NCBI GenBank assembly: GCA_038231275.1
Contig: JBBRLQ010000001.1
Location: 32,001 to 96,000, forward strand
DNA: 64,000 nt
Direction of reading: 5' to 3'
Source: Polyangiales bacterium
GTDB taxonomy: Bacteria > Myxococcota_A > Polyangia > Polyangiales > Polyangiaceae
Shown here: positions 26,836-36,975 of the stretch, piece after piece
How the letters are laid out: each line of letters starts with the position of its first letter
Numbering within the stretch: the stretch's first letter is position 1
Made by a program: the position numbers and the translations under genes
Notes under the pieces: generated by a model
Told to the model about the DNA's origin: nothing
The model's input: the letters and a program-made list of their open reading frames with translations, nothing else
Databases searched by the model: none

Positions 26836-28608
26836 ATGCGCCCGTCGATCGTGGTCGTCCTCTCTGCGCTCGCCTTCGCGGCGGCGTGCAAGAAGGGCGA
26901 CGTCCATCACGACAACACGAGCACGACGGGCGCCGACGTCGACGGCGGCGGCGCGGATCCCGACGACGGCGGTCTCGCGAGCGAGCCCTCGGCCGACGCG
27001 TCGGTGACGGGCGACGGCGGCGACTGGACCGGACCGAAGATCGCCGCGCTCGAGTCGCCGACGCCGATCTTCAGCAAGATGGAGTGGCCGGCGAAGGATC
27101 CGTCGAAGGCGAGCGAGGATCGCAGGGGCACCATTCGGCTCGGGTACCTCCGCAAGGGCGCGATCCTGCCGGTGAAGGGCGAGCCGACGAAGTCGACGAG
27201 CTGCGCCGAGGGTTGGTACGAGCTCCTCGCCGGCGGCTACGTGTGCGGGAAATTCGTTACGACCGATCTCGCGCACAAAGAGCTCACGAAGGCGCCGCAC
27301 GTCCCGTTCACCGACGGACCGCTGCCCTACGAGTACGGCCTCAACCTCACGAACGGCACGCCGATGTACCGCCGCGCGCCGCTCCGCAAAGAGCGCGCGG
27401 AGTACGAGCGCGGCCTCGCGATCGGCCGCACCAAGAAGAAGAAGGACGGCGACGGCGACAACGGCGGTGCCGGAAGCAGCAGCAGCGGTGGCGGTGGCGG
27501 TGACACGGGCGGCGGCGGCGACGACAAGCCCTGGTTCCTGAAGGACCACGGAGGCCAGCGTCCCCAAGTCACGATGGACGACCTGAAGGGCGAGTCGCAG
27601 CTCATCGAGCAGCGCATGGTCCGCGGCTTCTACCTCGGCCTCGACAAAGAGATCCCCGCCTTCAGCGGCCGCATGTGGCGCACGACGCGCGGCATGTACG
27701 TCCCGCGCGATCACGTGCTCGTCCACAAGCCGAAGACCGAGTTCGAGGGCGTGTGGATGAACGGCGCGAGCGAGACGCGCAAGCTGCCGCTCGCGTGGAT
27801 CGTCGGCGTCAAGGGGTGGAAGCACGACTACGACGTCGACAACAAGCGCATGAAGCGCACCGACAAGCTCGATCGCTTCACGCTCATGCAGCTCACCGGC
27901 AAGCGCGAGCAGCTCGAGGGATACGGCTACCACGAGACGAGCGAGGGCTTCTGGATCCGCGACGCCGACGCCGCGATCACCCGCCCCGGCCCGCCGCCGA
28001 AGGATCTCGCGCAGGGCGAGAAGTGGATCGACGTCAACTTGTCGACGCAGACCGTCGTGGCCTTCGAGGGCGATCGCCCAGTCTTCGCGACGATCATCTC
28101 GAGCGGTCGCCACAACGACGAGGACACGGCCAAGGATCACCGCACCGTCCAAGGCTCGTTCCGGGTCACCGAGAAGCACATCGCGGCGACGATGGAGGCC
28201 GACACCGCGAGCGACGGCCCCTACAAGATCGAGGATGTTCCTTGGATCATGTACTTCGAGGGGAGCTACGCGCTTCATGGCGCGTTCTGGCACTCTAGCT
28301 TCGGCAAAGAGCGCAGCCACGGGTGCGTGAACATGCAGCCGATCGACGCGAAGGCGGTCTTCGCGTGGACGGGCCCGGCGCTCCCGAGCGGGTGGCACGG
28401 CGTGAAGGGCACCGACAAGAACCCCGGAACGCGCGTCGTCGTGCACGAGGATCCGAAGCCGAAGGACGAGCCGGGCGCGCCCGCAGCGTCGGGGTCCTCG
28501 CCGGCGAAATCGGCGGCGAAGAAGCCGGACAAGGCGGACAAGGCGGACAAGCCTGACAAGCCGGCGAAGCCGGACTCGAAGAAGAGCGACGACGACGACG
28601 ACGGCTGA
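26836..28608 (+). CDS. L,D-transpeptidase (YkuD domain) lipoprotein
   Basis: FAAAC lipobox; KWIDVNLSTQ, ISSG, DVPWIMYF, ALHGAFWH, SHGCVN. Confidence 0.92.
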   Translation: MRPSIVVVLSALAFAAACKKGDVHHDNTSTTGADVDGGGADPDDGGLASEPSADASVTGDGGDWTGPKIAALESPTPIFSKMEWPAKDPSKASEDRRGTIRLGYLRKGAILPVKGEPTKSTSCAEGWYELLAGGYVCGKFVTTDLAHKELTKAPHVPFTDGPLPYEYGLNLTNGTPMYRRAPLRKERAEYERGLAIGRTKKKKDGDGDNGGAGSSSSGGGGGDTGGGGDDKPWFLKDHGGQRPQVTMDDLKGESQLIEQRMVRGFYLGLDKEIPAFSGRMWRTTRGMYVPRDHVLVHKPKTEFEGVWMNGASETRKLPLAWIVGVKGWKHDYDVDNKRMKRTDKLDRFTLMQLTGKREQLEGYGYHETSEGFWIRDADAAITRPGPPPKDLAQGEKWIDVNLSTQTVVAFEGDRPVFATIISSGRHNDEDTAKDHRTVQGSFRVTEKHIAATMEADTASDGPYKIEDVPWIMYFEGSYALHGAFWHSSFGKERSHGCVNMQPIDAKAVFAWTGPALPSGWHGVKGTDKNPGTRVVVHEDPKPKDEPGAPAASGSSPAKSAAKKPDKADKADKPDKPAKPDSKKSDDDDDG

Positions 28609-28639
28609 ACGCGCTCTCTCCGGGCGCACGCGTCGTCGG

Positions 28640-31600
28640 CTACTTCGCGCGTGACTCCAGCGCGGCTTCCTCCGCGATGACGGCCTTGGACGCCGCCGTC
28701 ACCTGTGGGGTCGGCGCCAGGTCGGCCTGCTGCACCATCCCGAGGAGCTCACGAAGCCGCCGCGCCGTCTTGCGGAGCGCGCTCGCCGCAGGCGTATCCT
28801 TGCCGAGCGCGTGCGACGCCTCCGTGTTGCGCGTGAGCGCCTCGCACAGCGCGCGCGAGAGAGCGTGCTGCGCGCGCAGGCCTTCGAGCGGCGTCTTCAC
28901 GCGCGGGTCCATCGCGACGACGAGCGCGCGCGTCACGCTCTCGGCGTGGGCGCCTTCGCCGGAAGCGAGCTCCACGGTGTAGCGCCCCGGTAGCACCCAC
29001 GGGCCACGCGGCTCGGACGGAGTGTCACGCGGCACGGCCGACATCGGGAACGTGCGCTCCGCGACGCGCGGGCTCTCCTCATGGAGGTCCCACACGAATC
29101 GGTGGAGGCCTGCGGTGACGCCCAACGTCTGCGCCCGACGCTGCCAGTAGCTCGGGATCTGCCCGACGTCGGCGGCCGCCGGATGGACGTCGTCGTTGCG
29201 GAAGCGCCGGACCACCCGGCCGCTGTCGTCGCGGATCGAGAGCGTGAGGACGCCCGTGACGGCGTCGTGGAGCGCATAGTCGACGATGGCGCCGTCGGGC
29301 GGGTTCTCGCCGACAGGCTCGTCGGGCGGAATGGGAGTGTCGGTGTTCGTGCTGAACCTCACACGCAGCGCGATCTCCGGTAAAAATAGGCCGATTGGCG
29401 AAGACAGCGACGCACGTGAGAGCTGCCGCAACGGCGCGACGTCGTCCAGGATCCAGAAGCCGCGGCCGTGCGTGGCGAGCACGAGATCGTCGCCCTTCAC
29501 GATGAGATCGCGCACCGACGTGTTCGGCAGGTTCAGGCGCAGCGAAGCCCACGAGTCGCCCGCGTCCATCGAGACGAACACGGCGCGCTCGGTGCCGAGG
29601 TAGAGGAGGCCAGGCCGTGCAGGATCTTCGCGGATCGCATTCACATTCGCGCCGGCGGGCAGCCCATCGACGACGCGTTGCCACGTGGCGCCGCCGTCCC
29701 TCGTGCGCAGGACGTGCGGCCGAGGATCGTCGAGGCGTAGCGTGTTGATGGCGGCCCACGCGCAGTTGCGATCGACGTGCGACGCCTCGAGTCCCGCGAC
29801 CTTGGCCCACGGCGTGAGCACGGGCGGCGTCACGTCGCGCCAATGCTGACCGCCGTCCGTCGTCACGTGAAGGAGCCCGTCGTCGGTGCCGGCCCACAGG
29901 AGATCCTTGTCGAGCGGCGACGGCGCGAGCGCGTAGATGACGCCGCGACGCGACGGCGTTGCGGCTGCGGTGCCGGCGTAGACGCCAACGTTGGCGGGCA
30001 AGGACCACTCGGCGCGAGAGAGATCGGGGCTGATCGCCGTCCAGTGCTGCCCGCCGTCGCGCGTCTTCCACAGCCGATTGGCCGCATGGAAGAGCGTGCC
30101 CGCCTCGACGGGCGAGAACATCACCGGCACGGTGCGCACGACGCGATAGTCGGCATCGCTGCTCGCCGGCGTCCCCGGCCCGACGTCCTGCGCTTGCCCG
30201 GTGCGCCGGTCCCAACGCGAGACGCGCCCGCCGAACACCACGTCGGGATCGCGGGGATCGGGCGCGCCGAAGCCGTACTCGTCGAACGCCGCGGGGTGCC
30301 AGTCGCGCGCGGTGATCGCGCCGTCGTTGCCGCGGCTGGACACGCACGCCGACCCGCTCTCTTGCTGCCCGCCGCACACGCGGTACGGAAACGCGTCGTC
30401 CGCGGTGACGTGGAACATCTGCGCCGTGGGCTGGTTGTACCAAGAGCTGAACGTGCGCCCGCCGTTGACGGTGACGACGGCGCCCTGATCGGACCCGAGC
30501 AAGATCGTCTCGGGCCGCGCGGGATCGATCCAGATCTTCTGGTAGTCGTCGCCGCCCGGCGCGCCGCGGAACGCATGGAACGTCTTGCCGCCGTCCGTCG
30601 ACTTCCACGTGACGATGCTCGCCGTGAAGATCGTGTCGGGATCGCGCGGGTGCACCTTCACCTCGGCGAAGTCGTCGCCGCGATCGGTGACGCGCGCGTC
30701 GTCGGTGGTCCTCGTCCAGCTCTCGCCGCCGTCGTCGGAGCGGTAGAGGCCGCCCTTCGCGCGCGCGTCGACGGTCGCGTACATCCGCGACGGCAACGAC
30801 GGCGCGTACGTGAGGCCGATGCGCCCGAGCCCCTCGGCCTCGCCCGGCAAGCCGCGCGTGATCTTCCGCCACGTCGATCCGCCGTCCTTCGATTTGTAGA
30901 GACCGCTGCCAGGCCCGCGAAAGGTCCCGTTCTCCCAAGGCGCCTCGCGCGACTCCCAAAGCGCCGCGAGCAGCGTCTGCGGATCGCTCGGATCGATCAC
31001 GACGTCGGCGGCGCCCACGTCGGGACCGGCGCCCAAGACTTTCTGGACCGTCTCGCCGCCGTCCTTCGAGCGGTACAAGCCGCGCTCCTCGTTGGGGCCG
31101 TAGGGGTGACCGAGCACCGCGATGTAGAGACGCTCGGGGTTCTTCGGATCGACCACGATTTGCGGGATTTGCTGGCCGTCGCGCAGGCCGAGGTGCTTCC
31201 ACGTCGTGCCGCCGTCCTTCGACCGGTAGAGGCCGTCTCCCGTGGAGAGGTCGGGCCGCTGCATGCCCTCGCCGCTGCCCACGTAGACGACGTCGGGGCT
31301 CGACGGCGCCACCGCGATCGCGCCGATCGATGCCGAGTCCTGCGCGTCGAAGATGGGGGACCAGGTGCGCCCGTAGTCGTCGCTCCTGAAGACGCCGCCA
31401 TTGACCGCGCCGATGTAGAAGAGGCCGGGCCTCCCCGCGACGCCGGTGGCGGCCTTTACGCGACCTCCGCGAAACGGACCGATGTGCCTGTAGCGGAGCG
31501 CGGAGAGCCCCGCGGGCCCGAGGCCGACGAGGAGATCGGCCGACGAGATCGGGCCGGCGACGACGGATGGCCCATGCGTGTCGCTCGGTGCATGGCGGGC

Positions 31601-31678
31601 GACGACGGGAGCGGCGCGAGGCGGCGCGGCGCATGCGAGCGGGGCGGCGACGAGCAGCGAGACGAGCGCGAGGCGCAT
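28640..31678 (-). CDS. VPS10/BNR-repeat beta-propeller glycosyl hydrolase-like protein
   Basis: YRHIGPFRGGR, many S/TxDGGxTW Asp-boxes, YNQPTAQ, LVLATHGRGFWILDD, NPPDGAIVDY. Confidence 0.9.
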   Translation of the reverse strand: MRLALVSLLVAAPLACAAPPRAAPVVARHAPSDTHGPSVVAGPISSADLLVGLGPAGLSALRYRHIGPFRGGRVKAATGVAGRPGLFYIGAVNGGVFRSDDYGRTWSPIFDAQDSASIGAIAVAPSSPDVVYVGSGEGMQRPDLSTGDGLYRSKDGGTTWKHLGLRDGQQIPQIVVDPKNPERLYIAVLGHPYGPNEERGLYRSKDGGETVQKVLGAGPDVGAADVVIDPSDPQTLLAALWESREAPWENGTFRGPGSGLYKSKDGGSTWRKITRGLPGEAEGLGRIGLTYAPSLPSRMYATVDARAKGGLYRSDDGGESWTRTTDDARVTDRGDDFAEVKVHPRDPDTIFTASIVTWKSTDGGKTFHAFRGAPGGDDYQKIWIDPARPETILLGSDQGAVVTVNGGRTFSSWYNQPTAQMFHVTADDAFPYRVCGGQQESGSACVSSRGNDGAITARDWHPAAFDEYGFGAPDPRDPDVVFGGRVSRWDRRTGQAQDVGPGTPASSDADYRVVRTVPVMFSPVEAGTLFHAANRLWKTRDGGQHWTAISPDLSRAEWSLPANVGVYAGTAAATPSRRGVIYALAPSPLDKDLLWAGTDDGLLHVTTDGGQHWRDVTPPVLTPWAKVAGLEASHVDRNCAWAAINTLRLDDPRPHVLRTRDGGATWQRVVDGLPAGANVNAIREDPARPGLLYLGTERAVFVSMDAGDSWASLRLNLPNTSVRDLIVKGDDLVLATHGRGFWILDDVAPLRQLSRASLSSPIGLFLPEIALRVRFSTNTDTPIPPDEPVGENPPDGAIVDYALHDAVTGVLTLSIRDDSGRVVRRFRNDDVHPAAADVGQIPSYWQRRAQTLGVTAGLHRFVWDLHEESPRVAERTFPMSAVPRDTPSEPRGPWVLPGRYTVELASGEGAHAESVTRALVVAMDPRVKTPLEGLRAQHALSRALCEALTRNTEASHALGKDTPAASALRKTARRLRELLGMVQQADLAPTPQVTAASKAVIAEEAALESRAK

Positions 31679-31686
31679 GGCGCGAG

Positions 31687-32529
31687 CTAAATCCCCGCGG
31701 TCATGCGCGCGCGGCGGAGGAGCGCGAAGATCCGGGCGCCGAGCTCGGGCGCACGGAATGGCTTCACGACGAAATCGTCGGCGCCGCTCGCGAACGCGGC
31801 GACGATGTCCGTCGACGAGCTGTGGCCGCTGAGGAACAGCACCGGCAAGCCCGCGATCGGCGCCTCGTGGCGGATCCGCTTGCAGAGGTCGAGGCCGCTC
31901 ATCCCCGGCAAATTCCAGTCGAGAACGACGAGATCGAACGTGCCGTCTTGAACGAGCTCGAGCGCCTGCTCCGCGCTCGTCGCGCGTCCCGTGGTGAGGC
32001 CCACCGCCTCGAGCATCGTCGCCACGACCTCGCAGACGTCGGCGTCGTCGTCGACCACGAGCACGCGAGCGCCTTGCAAGGGGGGCGCGTTCGAGTACGC
32101 GGGCGGGGGCGGGCGCAGCGTGTCGGTCGCCATGAGCGAGTCCGCCGGCAGCGACGCCGGCGGCGGCAGCTCGGTCGGGATGGGCTCGCGCACCAGCGGG
32201 ATCGCGATCGCCTCGCTCTCGATCGGGCGCTCGGTCGGCGGGTCGACTTCGGGCTCGGGCGCCCCGCTGACGAACCCGCGCAGCCGCTCCCAGTCGCGCT
32301 TCTCGAAGACGAGGAAATGGCGCCCGTCACGCACTTCTCCGCGCGCGGCCGCGGCGGTGGCGCGGCGCCCTTCGCCGATCTCGAACGTCGCGAGGACCCA
32401 CTCCCCCTCCCCGATGGGGTCGGGCCCCGGCAGCTCGAGCTCCTGCTCGGCCCCCGCGACCGCGCTCCTCAGCACGGCGAGGTCCTCGAACCGGTAAACG
32501 ACGCTCCTCACCGGCTCGAACGCTACCAT
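31687..32529 (-). CDS. Response regulator with C-terminal REC and unknown N-terminal domain
   Basis: VLVVDDD, LDWNLPGMSG, GADDFVVKPF. Confidence 0.88.
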   Translation of the reverse strand: MVAFEPVRSVVYRFEDLAVLRSAVAGAEQELELPGPDPIGEGEWVLATFEIGEGRRATAAAARGEVRDGRHFLVFEKRDWERLRGFVSGAPEPEVDPPTERPIESEAIAIPLVREPIPTELPPPASLPADSLMATDTLRPPPPAYSNAPPLQGARVLVVDDDADVCEVVATMLEAVGLTTGRATSAEQALELVQDGTFDLVVLDWNLPGMSGLDLCKRIRHEAPIAGLPVLFLSGHSSSTDIVAAFASGADDFVVKPFRAPELGARIFALLRRARMTAGI

Positions 32530-32608
32530 GGGACGTTGCTTTTGCCCGTCGCTACCGTCGTTTGCCCGTTCCGTTCAAACGAGGTTCATTCTAAGCTGCC
32601 CTCGTTCC

Positions 32609-33583
32609 ATGGCGCTCAAGCTCGGTCTCGGTTTCGTGCTGCTCGCGACGTTCACGGGCTCGTCCAGCTTCCTCGGCGGAACGTGCCAGGGCCAATCCCA
32701 AGGCAACGGCGTCCAGAAGGACGCGCCTGCCGCGCCCGACGTCAGCATCCCCGAGGTCGACACGAGCGCGCTCACGCCGCGCGAGAAGAAGGAGTGGGGA
32801 TCGTACGTCAGCGAGTTCCTCTCGCCGTGCGCGGACGTGCCGGTACCGATCGCGCAGTGCGTGAAGGAGAAGCGCCACTGCTCGCGCTGCGTACCCGCCG
32901 CCAAATTCATCCTGAAGGGCGTGCGCGACGGCCAGTCACGCGAGCAGCTCGAGAAGAATTACCACGGCCGCTTCGACGCCGACCGCATCAAGAACGTGGC
33001 GATCGACGGCTCGCCGAGCAAAGGCCCCGAGAGCGCTCCGATCACGATCGTCGAGTTCGCGGACTTCGAGTGCCCCTTCTGCGCGATCATGGCGCCGCAG
33101 CTCGACAAGGTGTTCGACGAGCGAAAGGGCCAGATCCGCTTCGTCTACAAATTCTTCCCGCTCGCGGCCCATCCGCACGGCGAGGCGTGCGCGCGCGCGG
33201 GCATCGCGGCGGCGAACCAGGGAAAGTTCTGGGAGCTGCACCACAAGATGTTCGCGAACCGCGAGCACCTCGAGCAGAGCGATCTCGACGCCTACGCGAA
33301 GGAGATCGGGATCGACGTGCAGAAGCTCCACGCCGACATGCAGTCGCCCGCGACGAACGATCGCCTCGAGCGCGATCGCAAGGTCGCCGACGCGCTGATG
33401 GTGCGCGGCACACCGACGATCTACATCAACGGCCGTGACTACAGCCCGCAGAACGATCTGAACGACTGGCTGAACCTGGAGCTCGCCGGCAGCGGCGGGG
33501 CGCCGGCGCCAGCTCCTTCGAGCGCGCCGGTGGCGTCTGCGGCGAAAGCCGGCGCCGGCACTCTGGACGCCGGGAAGAAATAG
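32609..33583 (+). CDS. DsbA/Com1-like thioredoxin-fold protein
   Basis: PITIVEFADFECPFC, FPL..HP, QGKFWE, VRGTPTIYING; Cys-containing N-terminal domain. Confidence 0.9.
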   Translation: MALKLGLGFVLLATFTGSSSFLGGTCQGQSQGNGVQKDAPAAPDVSIPEVDTSALTPREKKEWGSYVSEFLSPCADVPVPIAQCVKEKRHCSRCVPAAKFILKGVRDGQSREQLEKNYHGRFDADRIKNVAIDGSPSKGPESAPITIVEFADFECPFCAIMAPQLDKVFDERKGQIRFVYKFFPLAAHPHGEACARAGIAAANQGKFWELHHKMFANREHLEQSDLDAYAKEIGIDVQKLHADMQSPATNDRLERDRKVADALMVRGTPTIYINGRDYSPQNDLNDWLNLELAGSGGAPAPAPSSAPVASAAKAGAGTLDAGKK

Positions 33584-33602
33584 GGGCAAGAGCTTCGCGT
33601 CG

Positions 33603-34361
33603 ATGAGGGCCGCGATCTCCGATGGGTGTGGGTGCTTCCCCACGGGGCGCCACTACGCCGGCATCGCGCACCTCCTCCGCTCCGTCGTCCGCGGCCTCGC
33701 CGACGATCTCGGCGCCGCCGACGCCACGTGGATGGACATGCCCATCGCGCTCCTCGACGTCGAGACGACGGGGCGTGACGCGTCGATCGATCGCGTGGTC
33801 GAGATCGGCATCGTCGTCGGCCGCAGCGGTGAGGTCGTGGCCCGCTACAACTGGCTCGTCAACCCGGGGATGCCGATCCCCGAAGAGGCCCGCGCGGTCC
33901 ACGGCATCAGCGACGCCGACGTGAAGGATGCGCCGCGCTTCGAGGCGATCGCGCACGAGATCTCGGCGGCGCTGTCGGGGTGCATTCCCGCGGCGTACAA
34001 CGCGGCGTTCGACCGCGCGTTCCTCCACGCGGAGCTCGGGCGCGCGCTCGTCGTGACCGGGCAAGCGTTGGCCGGCGGAACCGCTCCGGCGGCCCGACGC
34101 GACGTCGAGTGGCTCGACCCGCTCGTGTGGGCGCGCGAGATCCAGCGCGAGGAGAAGAGCAAGGCCCTCGGCGAGGTCGCGGCGCGCCTCGGCGTGACCC
34201 TCGAGAACGCCCACCGCGCAATGGACGACGCCGAAGCGGCGTTGATTGTATTCTACAAGCTCGCGCAGGATTCGCGCGTACCGAAGGCCTATGGCGCGGT
34301 GGTGCAGGAGCAGCGCAGGTTCGGGCTCTTGCAGCAAGACGAGCGACGTTTCTGGCGCTGA
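33603..34361 (+). CDS. DEDDh 3'-5' exonuclease (DnaQ-like)
   Basis: LDVETTG, VHGISD, AYNAAFD, AHRAMDDA; start uncertain. Confidence 0.9.
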   Translation: MRAAISDGCGCFPTGRHYAGIAHLLRSVVRGLADDLGAADATWMDMPIALLDVETTGRDASIDRVVEIGIVVGRSGEVVARYNWLVNPGMPIPEEARAVHGISDADVKDAPRFEAIAHEISAALSGCIPAAYNAAFDRAFLHAELGRALVVTGQALAGGTAPAARRDVEWLDPLVWAREIQREEKSKALGEVAARLGVTLENAHRAMDDAEAALIVFYKLAQDSRVPKAYGAVVQEQRRFGLLQQDERRFWR

Positions 34362-34499
34362 CGACCTTCGTGCCGCCGCCACCCCGCGTCGGCCCATTGG
34401 ACGTGCCTGCCGTACAGACACCTGATGGACCGTCGCGCGCCCTTGAACCCTTGCGCCTGACCCTTGCAGCCGCACCTTGTGGGGAGGAAAAGTCTAGTC

Positions 34500-35297
34500 A
34501 TGAGCCCCACCACACGCGCTCCGGCGGTTGCCGGTTTTTTCTATCCCGCGTCGAAGGACGAGCTCGGGTCGCAGGTCGACGCGCTCCTCGCGGGGGCGCG
34601 GCCGTACGAGGCCACGCCTACGGCCAAGGTGATCATCGCGCCGCACGCCGGGTACATGTACTCGGGAGAGATCGCGGCGACGGCGTTCGCGCGCCTCGTG
34701 CGGGACGGGGCTTCAGTTCACACGGTGATCGTCATGGGCCCGGCGCACCGCGTGCGCGTGCGAGGTCTCGCCGGGCCGGGCGTGACGCAAATGGGCACGC
34801 CGCTCGGCACGGTCGAGGTCGACGCGACCGCGTTCGCGCGTGTGCCGCAGGTCGCCCAGCTGCCGGTCGCGCACGCCAAGGAGCACTCGGTCGAAGTAGA
34901 GCTTCCCTTCGTGCAACGGGTCGCGCCCAACGCGCGCGTCGTCCCGCTGGTCGTCGGAGACGCGTCGGCCGAGGAGGTCGCGGCGGTCCTTCGCGCGCTG
35001 TGGGGCGACGCCGGTACGCGGATCGTGATCAGCTCCGATTTGTCGCATTTCCACCCGTACGACGAGGGTCGTGCGCGCGATCAGAGGACGGCGTCGCGCA
35101 TCACGGCGCTCGACCTCGCACCGCTCGACGGTGAAGACGCGTGCGGCGCCGCGGCGATCAACGGCCTCCTCCTCGTCGCGCGCGAGCGAGGGCTCCGCGC
35201 CGAGCTGCTCGATCTGCGAAGCTCGGGCGACACGGCCGGGACGCGGAGCGAAGTCGTCGGCTACGGCGCGTTCGCGTTCCACGAGGCGGCGTCATGA
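34500..35297 (+). CDS. amrB: AmmeMemoRadiSam system protein B (MEMO1 family)
   Basis: RAPAVAGFFYP, PHAGYMYSG, EHSVEVELPF, ISSDLSH, DACG, SSGDT..VVGY. Confidence 0.95.
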   Translation: MSPTTRAPAVAGFFYPASKDELGSQVDALLAGARPYEATPTAKVIIAPHAGYMYSGEIAATAFARLVRDGASVHTVIVMGPAHRVRVRGLAGPGVTQMGTPLGTVEVDATAFARVPQVAQLPVAHAKEHSVEVELPFVQRVAPNARVVPLVVGDASAEEVAAVLRALWGDAGTRIVISSDLSHFHPYDEGRARDQRTASRITALDLAPLDGEDACGAAAINGLLLVARERGLRAELLDLRSSGDTAGTRSEVVGYGAFAFHEAAS

Positions 35298-35875
35298 GCG
35301 CGACGCCCCTCCACCCGCACGGCGTCGAGCTCGCGGCGTGGGCCCGCGCGCGGGTGCGGGAAGAGCTCGGCGGATCTCCCGCGGTGTGCCCGACCGGGGC
35401 GTGGTGCGACGCGCCGGGCGCCACCTTCGTCACGCTGAGGTGGCCGGACGGACGCCTGCAAGGCTGCATCGGGAGCCTCGTCCCACGCCGCGCGATCGTG
35501 GCGGACGTCGCCGAGAACGCGATCGCCGCCGCGATCCGCGATCGTCGCTCCTTGCCACTGCAGCTCGCCGACGTCGACGCCGTCGATCTCGAGCTGTCCA
35601 TCCTCTCGAAGACCGAGCCCATCGCCTTCACGACCCAGGACGAGGCGCTCGCGGCGCTCAGGCCTGGCGCGGACGGCGTCGTCTTCCGATGGCGCGGCCA
35701 CGACGCGACGTTCTTGCCGGTGATGTGGGGCGAGCTTCCGGAGGCGCGCGTGTTCCTCGGCGAGCTCAAACGAAAGGCGGGCCTACCGTTCGACTTCTGG
35801 GCCAACGGCGTCACGCTCCATCGCTACGCGGTGGATAAGCACGTCGATCGCCACACCAAAGAGGGCCCCTCGTGA
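35294..35875 (+). CDS. amrA: AmmeMemoRadiSam system protein A (AMMECR1 family)
   Basis: ATFVTL..LQGCIG, ELSILS, ATFLPVMW, LKRKAG. Confidence 0.93.
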   Translation: MSATPLHPHGVELAAWARARVREELGGSPAVCPTGAWCDAPGATFVTLRWPDGRLQGCIGSLVPRRAIVADVAENAIAAAIRDRRSLPLQLADVDAVDLELSILSKTEPIAFTTQDEALAALRPGADGVVFRWRGHDATFLPVMWGELPEARVFLGELKRKAGLPFDFWANGVTLHRYAVDKHVDRHTKEGPS

Positions 35876-36975
35876 CGGCGGCCGCAGAAGGCCCGCCGCA
35901 GAACGGCGACGCGCGCTACTGGCATGTCGAGAAGGACGGACGCATCCAGTGCGACCTCTGCCCGCGTGACTGCAAGCTCCAAGACGGCCAGCGCGGCCTT
36001 TGCTTCGTGCGCGCGCGCGAGGGCGACCGCATGGTGCTCACCACCTACGGCCGCTCGAGCGGCTTCGCGGTCGATCCGATCGAGAAAAAGCCGCTCAATC
36101 ACTTCTACCCGGGCACGAGCGTCCTCTCGTTCGGCACCGCAGGCTGCAACCTCGCGTGCAAGTTTTGCCAGAACTGGGACATGTCCAAGTCGCGCGACAT
36201 GGACCGCCTCGCCGAGCAGGCGAGCCCCGACGCGATCGCGCGCGCTGCGAAAGAGGCCGGCTGCACGAGCGTCGCGTTCACGTACAACGATCCGACGATC
36301 TTCACCGAGTACGCGATGGACACCGCAGACGCGTGTCATGCCCTCGGCATCAAGACGGTCTCTGTCTCCGCCGGCTACATCCACGCGGAGCCTCGCCGCG
36401 ATCTCTACGCGAAGATCGACGCCGCCAACATCGATCTCAAGGCCTTCACCGAGGAGTTTTACCGCGCGCAAACCGCGTCGCACCTCGCGCCGGTGCTCGA
36501 CACGCTGCGCTACCTCGTCCACGAGACGAACGTCTGGACCGAGATCACGACGCTCCTCATCCCCGGCCTCAACGACTCCGACGACGAGCTTCATCGCCTG
36601 ACCGAGTGGGTCATGGGCGAGCTCGGTGCCGACGTCCCGCTCCACTTCAGCGCGTTTCATCCCGACTACCGCATGCGCGACGTCCCGCCGACGCCGCCCG
36701 CCACGCTCACGCGCGCGCGAGAGATCGGCCGTAGCAAGGGGCTACGCTACGTCTACACGGGCAACGTGCACGATCGCGATGGGGACACCACGTCGTGCCC
36801 GGCGTGCAGCGCGGCGGTCATCGTGCGCGACTGGTACGAGATCCTCGAGTCGCGCCTGAGAGAGGACGGCGCGTGCGGAGCGTGCGGGACGAAGATCGCG
36901 GGGCGGTTCGCCCCTCGCGTCGGATCGTTCGGCCGTCAGCGCAGGCGCCTCGTCATCCGCGAGCAAGGAACGTGA
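35872..36975 (+). CDS. amrS: AmmeMemoRadiSam system radical SAM enzyme
   Basis: CDLCPRDC, DPIEKKPLNHF, GCNLACKFCQNW, FTYNDP, YVYTGN. Confidence 0.96.
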   Translation: MTAAAEGPPQNGDARYWHVEKDGRIQCDLCPRDCKLQDGQRGLCFVRAREGDRMVLTTYGRSSGFAVDPIEKKPLNHFYPGTSVLSFGTAGCNLACKFCQNWDMSKSRDMDRLAEQASPDAIARAAKEAGCTSVAFTYNDPTIFTEYAMDTADACHALGIKTVSVSAGYIHAEPRRDLYAKIDAANIDLKAFTEEFYRAQTASHLAPVLDTLRYLVHETNVWTEITTLLIPGLNDSDDELHRLTEWVMGELGADVPLHFSAFHPDYRMRDVPPTPPATLTRAREIGRSKGLRYVYTGNVHDRDGDTTSCPACSAAVIVRDWYEILESRLREDGACGACGTKIAGRFAPRVGSFGRQRRRLVIREQGT

